Part shown: one piece after another, positions 1 through 9,362 of the stretch
How positions within the stretch are numbered: the first letter of the stretch is position 1
How the letters are laid out: the number at the start of each line of letters is the position of its first letter
NCBI GenBank assembly: GCA_045593685.1
Contig: JAZNXD010000009.1
Coordinates: 1-56,098 of the forward strand
DNA: 56,098 nt
Direction of reading: 5' to 3'
Source of the DNA: Candidatus Enterousia sp.
Lineage (GTDB): Bacteria; Pseudomonadota; Alphaproteobacteria; Rs-D84
Notes under the pieces: generated by a model
Databases searched by the model: none
Told to the model about the DNA's origin: nothing
Seen by the model: only the letters and a program-made list of their open reading frames with translations
Program-made: the position numbers and the translations under genes

Positions 1-1
1 G

Positions 2-3000
2 TCTAAGTATGATATTGAAACCTTGTTCTCTCAGACCGAGGCCGAATTACAAATGCAAAACACGACGGACAATTCCCAAATCAAAAACAGTTTGGACAAG
101 ATTAAGGGACTGATTGTTGATGTCAAGCCGGGAACCGCATCGACAACCGATGTTACGGATGGTTTAAGTATGGATTTGTCGGGGTTGCTTGACTTTAATA
201 TCGGCAGTGCTGGTTTTGATCTAAGTTCTTTGTTTGGCACAAATACCGCCAATACCAGTTCGATTAGCAACCAACGTGGCGAACAATTATATAAAACTGC
301 GGCGGCGCGTTGCAAGACGGCGGTTCTAAAAGATTGTCAGGCCCAGGGGGTCGATATATCCGTTGTGTCAAACGCGTATGATATGGAAATTGATAAACAG
401 TGTGTTGCATATGAACGTTATTTAACAGAATCTAATGATGAAATGAAACAAACGGTTCGCAATGCGAAAAGTGTTCTGCAACGTGCGCGTTTAATGGTTG
501 CGCAACAGAAAAATGCATATGACCTGCGTGGATGTATAAATGCACTTGATTCCTGTATGCAGGACGACTATGTCTGTGGCAGTGATTATGAAAATTGCCT
601 GGACCCCAGTGGTAAATATATTGTAAATGGTGAAATTGTTATTGGTTCCGCCCCGGGCCAGGCTGTACCGGATACGGGTTCTGTCAATTTGGGTGCCGGC
701 AGTGTATACAGTACCGATGGCATGTATTCTATATGGAATTATTACAAGGATAACAAGAAATATAACGCCTGGGGTGGTGATACCAGAAATAGGGTTGCCG
801 AAGGTAGTTTAAATGAATACGTAAATTCAACACTTTTATCAAATTATCCGACCAGCGCCGGAACAACACTGTCGCAATATTTGCAACATAAAATCGGCTA
901 CATAGAAGATGGCAAGCCCAAGGGCTTGTGTTCATCTGTTTTAAGCAAGTGCCAGGATTATACCTTTGTAAAAGGAAAATATGTCTCGGACAATCGCGTT
1001 ATTCGTGATTATCTGACACGAACAATGACATTAATCAAGCAGGCCCAGGATGAAAAGTTGGCGGACCATGCGGAAACGTGTATATCTGATGTTTCGTCGT
1101 GTTTGGGCGAAAATAATTACGAAAGCAATAGAAATATCGCCATCAATGCGTGTCGTTCTATGATCAAGACGTGTATGTCTGTAAACGGCAATGCGGGCGC
1201 CAATCCTACACCAGATGCCATTGTTAGTTGGGTAAATGGTGTTATGGGACGACCGGGCGGGGAAACGTCGGGTGGTTCGTCTGGGGGCGATTCGTCTGGG
1301 GGTGGTTCAAATGACGAATCGGGTGATACCGGTGCAAATGAACGCCCCGATACTGCAACCTATATAACCTTAACTTTCAGTGGTGCATCGGTTGCGGACA
1401 TAAAATGCGAAGCAGGGCATGTGTTTACATTGCCGGACGCGCCAAAGCAAGAAGGGTATGCCTTTGGGGGCTGGTTGATTAATGGTCAAACCTATGCTGC
1501 GGGTGATAATATCAGTTGTTCATCAGACGTACTGGGGGTAAGTTCTGGGACAACAACCATAACGGCCCAGTGGTTAAATAATGGTATTACATTAACCTTT
1601 GATACAGACGGGGGCTCGCGCGTATATGATGGTGCGTGCGCATACGGTGACACGTTTATAATTCCGCCTGCGCCGACACGTACGGGCTATGCCTTTAAAT
1701 GGTGGGAACTTAACAACAAACAATATTCTGCGGGGGACAAGGTGACCTGTACATCGGACGTGCTGGGGGTAAGTTCCGGGACGGTAACCATAACGGCCCA
1801 GTGGAGTGCCATGAGCATCGAGCTGTATTATAACACAGACGGTACGCAGGGTGAATATGCGGGCGCGTGCACGTACGACGGAACGTTTACGTTGCCAACT
1901 GCACCAACGCGTGATGGATATACATTTGGTGGCTGGGATGTTAACGGTCAAACCTATGCGGCCGGGCAACAGATTGCCTGTACCAAGAATATCCTGGGTG
2001 TGGATAATGGTATGGTAACCATAACGGCCCACTGGTTAAACAATGCTATCTTATTAACTTATAATACCGATGGCGGGACATCTGTCCCCAGTGCCGAATG
2101 CACATACGGCGAAACGTTTACATTGCCAACTGCGCCAACGCGTACCGGGTATGAGTTTTTGGGATGGCTTATCCGTGACGGCGATTATAATGATTATGAA
2201 CCGGGGGCGCAGATTTCCTGTACCAAGGATACACTTGGGGTGGACGGTGGTGACACGGCGGTTATTAGGGCTGATTGGTCGCTTAATCGTATCAAGTTAA
2301 CTTACAACACTGCCGGCGGTTCCGATGTCGCCGATGGCGCGTGCACGTACGGCAAAACGTTTACGTTGCCATCTGCCCCAACACGTACCGGGTACGCATT
2401 TGGTGGCTGGGTTGTTAACGGAAAAACCTATACTGCGGGTGCCCAGGTCAGTTGCACAACGGACATGTTGGGTGTGGATTCCGGTACGGTAAATGTTTCG
2501 TCCCAATGGACGGTTTCGACGAAGAAACTCGAGTATTACAAAAGTGATGACCCCAAAGTAATCCTTAAAACAGCCGAGTGCCGGGTTGGAGAGACATTCC
2601 AATTACTGGATAGCGAGTCATTAGACCAGTGTGGTTATTGGCTATATAAATGGACTCTTTGGAATGTTGATTATAATGAATATGAACCGGGGCAATCGCT
2701 TGTCTGCGAAGACAAGTGGCCCGATACGGTAACCATTTATCCTCTTACCAAACCGAACCAACTAAACTATACATTCCGAACCGTTGATGAATATGGAAAC
2801 GTGTCTCATCTGGCCGGGTCATGTTCCTATGATTCTGTCATTACGCCACCATCTGTACCGATGCGTGCGGGATATATATTCGGCGGTTGGAAAATTAACG
2901 GTATAGTGTATGAGCCGGATGATTTAAGATGTAATTTTGATAAGCTTGGTGTCTGTGATGATGATAGGAATGTCTATATACATCCTGTATGGATTGAGGA

Positions 3001-3988
3001 CACTGAGGTCGGTAGGCTACAAATAACTTATAATTTGACAGAAAATGGGGATTTTTTGTGGAAGGATGCGTGCGAATATGGTGACACATATACACTGCCG
3101 AACGCACCTGAACGTGACGGGTATACATTTAAAGGCTGGTACATTGGTGGCAGGGTCTATCCTGCAATTGCCACGATTAATTGCACGCTGGGCGATATGG
3201 GACAGACGGACGGTTTTGTGAGGATTATTGGCCTGTGGAACGATAGTGTTGAGAAAAAAACAGTTACGGTACAGTATCTGAACCCCGAAATATCTGGGGA
3301 TGTCACAGATACAGACACATGTGAATATGGTGCATGGCTGACTTTGCCCACAGATCCGGGGTATCAGGGTTATACATTTGGTGGCTGGGTTGTTAACGGT
3401 CAAACCTATGCGGCCGGGCAACAGATTGCCTGTAATTTTGCTGGGGATTTAGTAAATATTTCGCCCAAATTAACCGGCAATAAGATAACGATGATTCTAT
3501 CTGTCGGCGATGTCCCAGATGCTAATATTGATGCTTACATCAAAGAGTGTACATATGGTACTGAAAATTCGCTATCTTTAGGGATGTTGTTTGACCCGGC
3601 CGAGCGTATGACGCATACCGCATGGAGAATATCAAGACCCGATGGAACGCATGTTTATAATACTAATATGGCGGCCATTAATCTTGATTGTAACTATTAC
3701 GATTTGGGGGTATATTCTGGTGATGTGTACGCCGAGGCCGTTTGGAAAAACACTCAAATAGTTGTCTATTATGATGGTGGCATCATCAAAACATGCAATG
3801 TTGGTGACACTTATACATTCCCAGACGCCCCAACAAAAGATGGCTATACTTTTGCGGGTTGGCAGATAAGTAGTATAACGGGGCTTATCAATGAAAATAT
3901 TTATAACCCGGGGGACGTTGTTGAATGCAGCAAAGATGCAATGGGACTAAATTCGCTTAAAGCAAACCTGTTGCCTGTTTGGGAATAG
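2..3988 (+). CDS. Large Cys-rich surface/secreted protein with ~11 C-terminal InlB B-repeat (Listeria-Bacteroides/Flg_new-like) domains; 5'-partial
   Basis: Frame is open from the window edge (SKYDIETLFSQ...). Helical Cys-rich N-region paralogous to 46457..49045, a Gly/Ser linker, then ~75-aa repeats C-x-YG-x-TFTLP-x-APTR-x-GY-x-FGGW. Confidence 0.75.
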   Translation, partial: SKYDIETLFSQTEAELQMQNTTDNSQIKNSLDKIKGLIVDVKPGTASTTDVTDGLSMDLSGLLDFNIGSAGFDLSSLFGTNTANTSSISNQRGEQLYKTAAARCKTAVLKDCQAQGVDISVVSNAYDMEIDKQCVAYERYLTESNDEMKQTVRNAKSVLQRARLMVAQQKNAYDLRGCINALDSCMQDDYVCGSDYENCLDPSGKYIVNGEIVIGSAPGQAVPDTGSVNLGAGSVYSTDGMYSIWNYYKDNKKYNAWGGDTRNRVAEGSLNEYVNSTLLSNYPTSAGTTLSQYLQHKIGYIEDGKPKGLCSSVLSKCQDYTFVKGKYVSDNRVIRDYLTRTMTLIKQAQDEKLADHAETCISDVSSCLGENNYESNRNIAINACRSMIKTCMSVNGNAGANPTPDAIVSWVNGVMGRPGGETSGGSSGGDSSGGGSNDESGDTGANERPDTATYITLTFSGASVADIKCEAGHVFTLPDAPKQEGYAFGGWLINGQTYAAGDNISCSSDVLGVSSGTTTITAQWLNNGITLTFDTDGGSRVYDGACAYGDTFIIPPAPTRTGYAFKWWELNNKQYSAGDKVTCTSDVLGVSSGTVTITAQWSAMSIELYYNTDGTQGEYAGACTYDGTFTLPTAPTRDGYTFGGWDVNGQTYAAGQQIACTKNILGVDNGMVTITAHWLNNAILLTYNTDGGTSVPSAECTYGETFTLPTAPTRTGYEFLGWLIRDGDYNDYEPGAQISCTKDTLGVDGGDTAVIRADWSLNRIKLTYNTAGGSDVADGACTYGKTFTLPSAPTRTGYAFGGWVVNGKTYTAGAQVSCTTDMLGVDSGTVNVSSQWTVSTKKLEYYKSDDPKVILKTAECRVGETFQLLDSESLDQCGYWLYKWTLWNVDYNEYEPGQSLVCEDKWPDTVTIYPLTKPNQLNYTFRTVDEYGNVSHLAGSCSYDSVITPPSVPMRAGYIFGGWKINGIVYEPDDLRCNFDKLGVCDDDRNVYIHPVWIEDTEVGRLQITYNLTENGDFLWKDACEYGDTYTLPNAPERDGYTFKGWYIGGRVYPAIATINCTLGDMGQTDGFVRIIGLWNDSVEKKTVTVQYLNPEISGDVTDTDTCEYGAWLTLPTDPGYQGYTFGGWVVNGQTYAAGQQIACNFAGDLVNISPKLTGNKITMILSVGDVPDANIDAYIKECTYGTENSLSLGMLFDPAERMTHTAWRISRPDGTHVYNTNMAAINLDCNYYDLGVYSGDVYAEAVWKNTQIVVYYDGGIIKTCNVGDTYTFPDAPTKDGYTFAGWQISSITGLINENIYNPGDVVECSKDAMGLNSLKANLLPVWE

Positions 3989-4040
3989 ATGTCACAAATT
4001 GGGCTTTATTTACATGTGTTTTTATGATATAATACAACAC

Positions 4041-4352
4041 ATGAAAAGAAGTAAATTTTTGCCCATCCTTATGGGTGCGATGATTGCTTTGGCGGGTTGT
4101 CAAACATCATCAGACCAGGTTATTGTTGAACAGGAATACGTGCCCGATTGCGTCGGTGATGCGTGCAGCATTATTCGCTATGCCATGCCAAATGGTAATG
4201 ATTTAATGCTGGAAACGGCAAACCATGTAATAAACATCACGGCCCAGGCGGGAACCCCATACACATATTATGTGTGGGCGGGGAACAAAACAATGGCCGA
4301 TGAACCGGATATGGTTGTGGAAAATACAGAAACGGTTATTTTTAACGAATAA
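4041..4352 (+). CDS. Small lipoprotein, unknown function
   Basis: MKRSKFLPILMGAMIALAGC has a basic N-terminus, hydrophobic core and LAGC lipobox; TGaTATAAT lies 7 nt before the ATG. Confidence 0.75.
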   Translation: MKRSKFLPILMGAMIALAGCQTSSDQVIVEQEYVPDCVGDACSIIRYAMPNGNDLMLETANHVINITAQAGTPYTYYVWAGNKTMADEPDMVVENTETVIFNE

Positions 4353-4383
4353 AAAAATGGCGTTCATTTGAACGCCATTTTTT
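4351..4383. terminator. Bidirectional intrinsic terminator
   Basis: AAAAAAATGGCGTTCA-TT-TGAACGCCATTTTT between convergent genes. Confidence 0.8.
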
Positions 4384-4915
4384 ATCTGTGCTGATTTAAA
4401 AACCCCAGTATTTCATTTTGCGCCATTTCAAAGGCGGTCTTTGCCCGTATTTCGGGGTAAATTAATAATGTTATTTTGTCCATTTCTGAATTGTCCCGAT
4501 TGCACGAGTTTACGATTGGTTGGGCCTGTTTTACCGCATCCCATCCACCAATTATCATCAGTGGAATTTTTTGTGTGTCGTCACCCCCGAAATTAAAGGG
4601 CAGTGCGCGCTGAATCCTGCGTGCAATGGGTGTTCGGGCCAATATTGAAATTCCGCCGCTGTATTGTGTGTTTTGGCGGGTTATATTTTGAACGGTCTTG
4701 CCTGCATCCCCAATCCCAATCAGGAATACCGGCAAATTATACATCATATTCATAAAGTCTAATGCGTTTTGGGCATCTGTGCCATACACCAAATATCGAT
4801 TTTTATTCAAGAATTTTGCAAAATTTTCATGTTTTTCAATTTCCTTGTTTGAATCACACACAATCTGTACGATACCAACTGGTTTTTCTGTGTTGTTCCA
4901 AATTCCATATTTCAT
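4382..4915 (-). CDS. Hypothetical protein, possibly a degenerate alpha/beta-hydrolase (lysophospholipase-like) fold
   Basis: GGAG RBS; weak similarity to hydrolase segments (FAKFLNKNRYLVYGTD, LPVFLIG, PLMIIGGWD, LLIYPE); no GxSxG motif. Confidence 0.55.
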   Translation of the reverse strand: MKYGIWNNTEKPVGIVQIVCDSNKEIEKHENFAKFLNKNRYLVYGTDAQNALDFMNMMYNLPVFLIGIGDAGKTVQNITRQNTQYSGGISILARTPIARRIQRALPFNFGGDDTQKIPLMIIGGWDAVKQAQPIVNSCNRDNSEMDKITLLIYPEIRAKTAFEMAQNEILGFLNQHR

Positions 4916-4999
4916 AGCAAAAACTCCTGATGCTGATACACATCATCAGAATATCTTTTTTATTATGAAAAAGTCATAGGTATGAATTCGGTGGAATTT

Positions 5000-6145
5000 T
5001 TACACATTTTGACCGGCAACGCGTCCGCTGGCCCATGCCCATTGCAGGTTAAATCCGCCCAAATCGCCCGCCACGTCAATCACTTCGCCCGCAAAGAACA
5101 ACCCCGGGCACAATTTTGATTCCATCGTCTTGGATGATATGTCGCGTGTGTCGACGCCACCAAATGTGATTTCTGCACTGGCCATATTATGGTATTTGAT
5201 ATCTGCCCCCGGAATATTTACGGCGTTTGTACGTTCGGCAAATGATTTTAATTCTGCATCTTTTATGTCCGCTATATGTCGCGCATCGTCCCCAACAATC
5301 CACCGTGCGATACGTGCCGGCATATGTTCGCCCAATATTCCCACGACCGTCCTGCGACCATTGGTGCGTTTCACATCCCGCAGTATTTGCCAAACGTCGC
5401 ATTCCGGCATCAGGTTTATCTGCACCCCCTGTGCTGTGTCGCCCAGGCTGGCGCGATATGTCGCCGGTCCACCAATGCCAAAATGTGTAAACAGCATAGA
5501 ATCTTTTATTTTCAGTCCGCCAACCATAATTTCAACCGGTATGGAAATGCCCGCCAGGTCCCCCGGCCAATTTTTTATTGCCAACGCGCACAGGGCGGGG
5601 CGGGGTGGTATTATCCTGTGTCCAAATTTTTTTGCGATTTTATATCCCACATCTGACACGCCGTAAACGCCAAAGGAAATACCGCCCGTTGCCACGATTA
5701 CGGATTTTGCGCACATGTCATTAACGTAAAACATATCCCCCGATTTTGAAATACCCGTAACCCGTGTTTCACAGAAAATATCTGCGCCCGCCGCATCATG
5801 CATCAAGGCGCGCACAACCGCTTCTGCGCCGTCCACACAGAAAAAGCGCCCCTGGGATTTTTCGTATAATTTGATATTGTGCCCATGCGCCCAATTCAAA
5901 ATATCCGTGGGGCTGACCCGACTAAGTGCGCCACGCACAAAGTCCGGATTTTGGCTAAAGTATTTGTCGCGTGTGGCGGCCGTGTTTGTAATATTGCATT
6001 TCCCGCCACCTGATGCCAAAACCTTGCGCGCGGGGGTGTGTCCCATATCCAGGACGGCAACGCGTAATCCGCGTTGTGTGGCCTGGGCCGCGGCACTTAG
6101 TCCTGCGGCGCCCGCGCCCAAAATGATAACGTCGTATTTCTTCAT
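5000..6145 (-). CDS. NAD(P)/FAD-dependent oxidoreductase, HI0933/BaiN (YhiN) family
   Basis: GAGAAG, SGGGKCNITN, ATGG, LFTHFGIGGP, GLFFAGEVIDVAGDLGGFNLQWAWASG motifs. Confidence 0.92.
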   Translation of the reverse strand: MKKYDVIILGAGAAGLSAAAQATQRGLRVAVLDMGHTPARKVLASGGGKCNITNTAATRDKYFSQNPDFVRGALSRVSPTDILNWAHGHNIKLYEKSQGRFFCVDGAEAVVRALMHDAAGADIFCETRVTGISKSGDMFYVNDMCAKSVIVATGGISFGVYGVSDVGYKIAKKFGHRIIPPRPALCALAIKNWPGDLAGISIPVEIMVGGLKIKDSMLFTHFGIGGPATYRASLGDTAQGVQINLMPECDVWQILRDVKRTNGRRTVVGILGEHMPARIARWIVGDDARHIADIKDAELKSFAERTNAVNIPGADIKYHNMASAEITFGGVDTRDISSKTMESKLCPGLFFAGEVIDVAGDLGGFNLQWAWASGRVAGQNV

Positions 6146-6207
6146 AATACCCAGTATTCTATCACAACAAATAAAAAAATCCATCCACACGGACGGATTT
6201 CAAACTT

Positions 6208-6284
6208 TGGTGGGTTAGGTAGGACTTGAACCCACGACCAAAGCGTTATGAGCGCTCCGCTCTAACCAACTGAGCTACTAACCC
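6208..6284 (-). tRNA. tRNA with CAT anticodon, probably tRNA-Ile2 (lysidine); not initiator
   Basis: GGGTTAG/CTAACCC acceptor stem, CTCATAA anticodon loop, GTTCAAGTC T-loop, encoded CCA; paired 1:72 and no three-GC anticodon stem. Confidence 0.9.
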
Positions 6285-6360
6285 ACGGCGCCCATTATAT
6301 ATGATTTGAAAAATCATGCAAGATAAAAAAACATTTATTTTAATTTTTATTTATGCAATC

Positions 6361-7641
6361 ATGACGAACATGGACAAAATTACACCCATTTTAAATGCAA
6401 CCCAAATGTCGGCATTTGATGCGATTGAACGCACGAATTCGAACCTGTTGATATTGGGGCCGGCGGGTACGGGCAAATCCACATTTGTAAACTATTTGAA
6501 ATCTGCATCAAGTAAGCGTATTGTCTGCGCATGTCCAACGGCGGTGTCTGCGTTAAACGTTGGGGGCCAGACCATACACTCGCTGTTTCAGATTCCGCCA
6601 CGTGATTTTATCCTGCCGGAACTGTTGAAATTAAAGGCCAAACCGCGCAATATTTTGGTTGCAACGGATGTTTTAATTATTGATGAAATATCAATGGTTG
6701 CGCCCGATTTATTGGATGCGATTGATATCTTGGCGCGTTATGCACGCCGTAATAATGAACCCTTTGGCGGAATTCAGGTTATCGCCATTGGTGATTTGTT
6801 CCAGTTGCCACCGGTCATAACACGCGAAGCGAACCAGTATTATCAATCAGAATATGGGCATCCCAACGCGTACTTTTTTGACAGTAATGTGTACAAACGT
6901 GCAAATTTCATAAAATATAATTTCGATTTTGTTTATCGCCAAAATGACCTGCCACTGTTGGAAAATCTGGTGCGATTGCGTAATGGTGATGCCGGGGCGC
7001 TGACTTTCTTTAACGATTGCAAAATAGAAGACACGTCACGTCGTGACAATGCGGTTTTGATAACGCCTTTTCGTGCCGTTGCCGAACGTATTAACGCAAC
7101 GCGTCTGAACCAGATAAACGAAACGCCGGTTGTTTATAACGGTGTATTAAGTGGTAATTTTTCGGATCGTGATGTGCCGGCGCCACTGGCATTGGAATTA
7201 CGTGTCGGTGCATTGGTGGTTTTTGTAAAAAATGGCGACAAGTGGCATAACGGTTCCATGGGGATTGTGCGCGCGATGACGGCACGTGATATTACGGTGC
7301 AACTGCTGTCTGATTCGCACGAAACGGTAACGGTTCGCCCCGAAAAATGGCAGAAGATAGAATACGCGCGCGACGAAAATGACCGCCTTGTTGAAAACGA
7401 AGTTGGATCATACAAACAGTTCCCACTAAGTCTGGGTTACGCCATGACAATTCATCGTGCCCAGGGAAAAACATTGGATGCGGTTGTTATTGATGTTTCG
7501 CGTGGCTGCTTTGCGCATGGACAAACGTATGTTGCGTTGTCGCGCACGCGTCGTGCGTCCGACATGCATATCGCATCCCCACTGCGCGAACGCGATGTTA
7601 TTTTTGATAAACGTGTTTTGGATTTTATAAACGACTTATAA
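6361..7641 (+). CDS. PIF1/RecD-like SF1B DNA helicase
   Basis: GPAGTGKS, GGQTIHSLF, IIDEISMV, PFGGIQVIAIGDLFQLPPV, QFPLSLGYAMTIHRAQGKTLD, GQTYVALSR. Confidence 0.92.
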   Translation: MTNMDKITPILNATQMSAFDAIERTNSNLLILGPAGTGKSTFVNYLKSASSKRIVCACPTAVSALNVGGQTIHSLFQIPPRDFILPELLKLKAKPRNILVATDVLIIDEISMVAPDLLDAIDILARYARRNNEPFGGIQVIAIGDLFQLPPVITREANQYYQSEYGHPNAYFFDSNVYKRANFIKYNFDFVYRQNDLPLLENLVRLRNGDAGALTFFNDCKIEDTSRRDNAVLITPFRAVAERINATRLNQINETPVVYNGVLSGNFSDRDVPAPLALELRVGALVVFVKNGDKWHNGSMGIVRAMTARDITVQLLSDSHETVTVRPEKWQKIEYARDENDRLVENEVGSYKQFPLSLGYAMTIHRAQGKTLDAVVIDVSRGCFAHGQTYVALSRTRRASDMHIASPLRERDVIFDKRVLDFINDL

Positions 7642-8022
7642 ATCTTTTTTCATCATAATGGCATCAACGCCATCATAGTATTTGGGTCGCACACCAATTT
7701 GAACGTATCCGTTCTGTTCATACAGTTTGCGCGCGGGGGCATTGTTTTCTGCGACTTCTAAGAATACGGATTTTACACCACTTTTTTTCAGTTCCCCCTC
7801 CATAATTCCAATCATGGCGGCGGCGATGCCCGTACGTCGTGCATCGGGCGAAACGCCAATGGATATTAATTCGGCTTCGTCCGCAACCGCCCGCCAAACG
7901 ATAAAACCGTTTTGGCTGGCGATGATTTCACAGCCCGATTTTTTTAAATCTGCAAAATCATCCGCCGACCACGGTTTATGCGGAAAGCATTTTTTATGAA
8001 GATTTGCCAAACTATCTAACAT
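7636..8022 (-). CDS. rimI: RimI-like GNAT N-acetyltransferase
   Basis: DEAELISIGV...RRTGIA, VFLEVAENN.PA..LY...GY..IG.RPKYY; operon with tsaB. Confidence 0.85.
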   Translation of the reverse strand: MLDSLANLHKKCFPHKPWSADDFADLKKSGCEIIASQNGFIVWRAVADEAELISIGVSPDARRTGIAAAMIGIMEGELKKSGVKSVFLEVAENNAPARKLYEQNGYVQIGVRPKYYDGVDAIMMKKDL

Positions 8023-8431
8023 TTGATTTTTTATATGTGTTTAATTTGGTGCTTTCTTTTGATTGTGTGGCATATGCCTTGGAAACCTTGTCAAACATCT
8101 TGGTTGCAAATGATGAATTAAAATCTTGAAAACATGGGGATTTTTCATCTTTCTTATATATACGCACCATATAAACGGTCGGTGGTGTTTGATTGTTGCC
8201 ACGCATGGCCTCGGATTCGACCTGTTCCATATACTCGCGTGAAATTTCAACCTTGATACCATTGTGTTTAATCGTGTACATGGTTTGGCTGCGATTAAAC
8301 ATGCGGTTAATATCCCTGCGCCCCGGTTCGGCCCAGTTTTTTTGTTCATACTTGATATCGCCCATTTCAATGGCGTTTAAAATCGATAATTTTTGTTCTG
8401 ATAAAAACAGTTTTTGGATCAGGTTTGTCAT
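8012..8431 (-). CDS. Hypothetical protein (putative paralog of 8976..9362)
   Basis: Overlaps both tsaB and rimI (coupled); no recognisable family. Confidence 0.7.
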   Translation of the reverse strand: MTNLIQKLFLSEQKLSILNAIEMGDIKYEQKNWAEPGRRDINRMFNRSQTMYTIKHNGIKVEISREYMEQVESEAMRGNNQTPPTVYMVRIYKKDEKSPCFQDFNSSFATKMFDKVSKAYATQSKESTKLNTYKKSNVR

Positions 8432-8979
8432 TGCGCATTGTCCTTTTTGTTTTCTTCTGCATAGCTGGGGCGCAGGTACATTGGCACCGCGGGTTCCAAA
8501 TCGCCGTTTGCGATTTTTTGTTCCACAATACCAACCCCCAGTTTTAAATCAAATGGTTTGTGCCCAACTGTGCGTGGCCAATCCATCTGTTTGGTTTCTA
8601 ATTCGTCTATTTCCATTGTTTGTGGTGTCAATCCCGGCGCCGCCACAAAGAAATCCCCACGCCCAGAATCGATTGCAACAAACGCATCCGGCGTCGCCGC
8701 CAGGTACAGGTCAAAAGCGCTAATCCCAACAACCGGAATATTCAGTCCCATCCCCAGTCCTTTGGCATACGCAATACCCAATCGAATTCCCGTAAAACTG
8801 CCCGGGCCGATAACAACGCCAATCGCGGTTACGTCACGCCATGTGGCGCCACATTCGGCGATAAATTTTTCGCATTCCAGGGGCAGGGCAACCGACTGCT
8901 TTTCCACGTCGACAGATTTGTACTTATCATCTAATACAAATTCAAGATTTTTACCCGATGTATTTATTATCAGAATCAT
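8428..8979 (-). CDS. tsaB: tRNA threonylcarbamoyladenosine biosynthesis protein TsaB
   Basis: GPGSFTGIRLGIAYAKGL, IDSGRG, PMYLRP motifs. Confidence 0.93.
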   Translation of the reverse strand: MILIINTSGKNLEFVLDDKYKSVDVEKQSVALPLECEKFIAECGATWRDVTAIGVVIGPGSFTGIRLGIAYAKGLGMGLNIPVVGISAFDLYLAATPDAFVAIDSGRGDFFVAAPGLTPQTMEIDELETKQMDWPRTVGHKPFDLKLGVGIVEQKIANGDLEPAVPMYLRPSYAEENKKDNAQ

Positions 8980-9362
8980 TTTTTCTTGGTCCTTATATCG
9001 TTCAGCATATCAAACATTAAATTCGCCATTGTTCCCATATATGCCTTGGTTTCATTTTTTTCTTTGTCGTGAATCTGCACGCGATATTTTGGCGCAAACA
9101 AAATATTGGAAACATTTGGGGTATGCACTTTGCAAACAACTATTTCATATCTGTCGGATTTTGCACTTATAACATCCTGATGACGCATGGGGGCGTCGGC
9201 GGGCATGGTCGCATAACGTATTTCCATACTATGCTTTTGGGCATAGCACTCAATTTTTTTTAACAGTTGAATTTGTTCGCCGCCGTTGCCAAAGGCGCAC
9301 AGTTGATGTGTTTGTCCATTTATGGTCACATAATGTATTCCCTGTGCGGTGTATTTTGTCAT
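8976..9362 (-). CDS. Hypothetical protein (putative paralog of 8012..8431)
   Basis: ATGA overlap with the Lon-like gene and 4-nt overlap with tsaB. Confidence 0.7.
   Translation of the reverse strand: MTKYTAQGIHYVTINGQTHQLCAFGNGGEQIQLLKKIECYAQKHSMEIRYATMPADAPMRHQDVISAKSDRYEIVVCKVHTPNVSNILFAPKYRVQIHDKEKNETKAYMGTMANLMFDMLNDIRTKKK

Noticed and set aside
1919-3434. DGR template/variable repeat pair
   Set aside because: Both copies lie in-frame inside one repeat protein, there is only one mismatch and no reverse transcriptase in the window.
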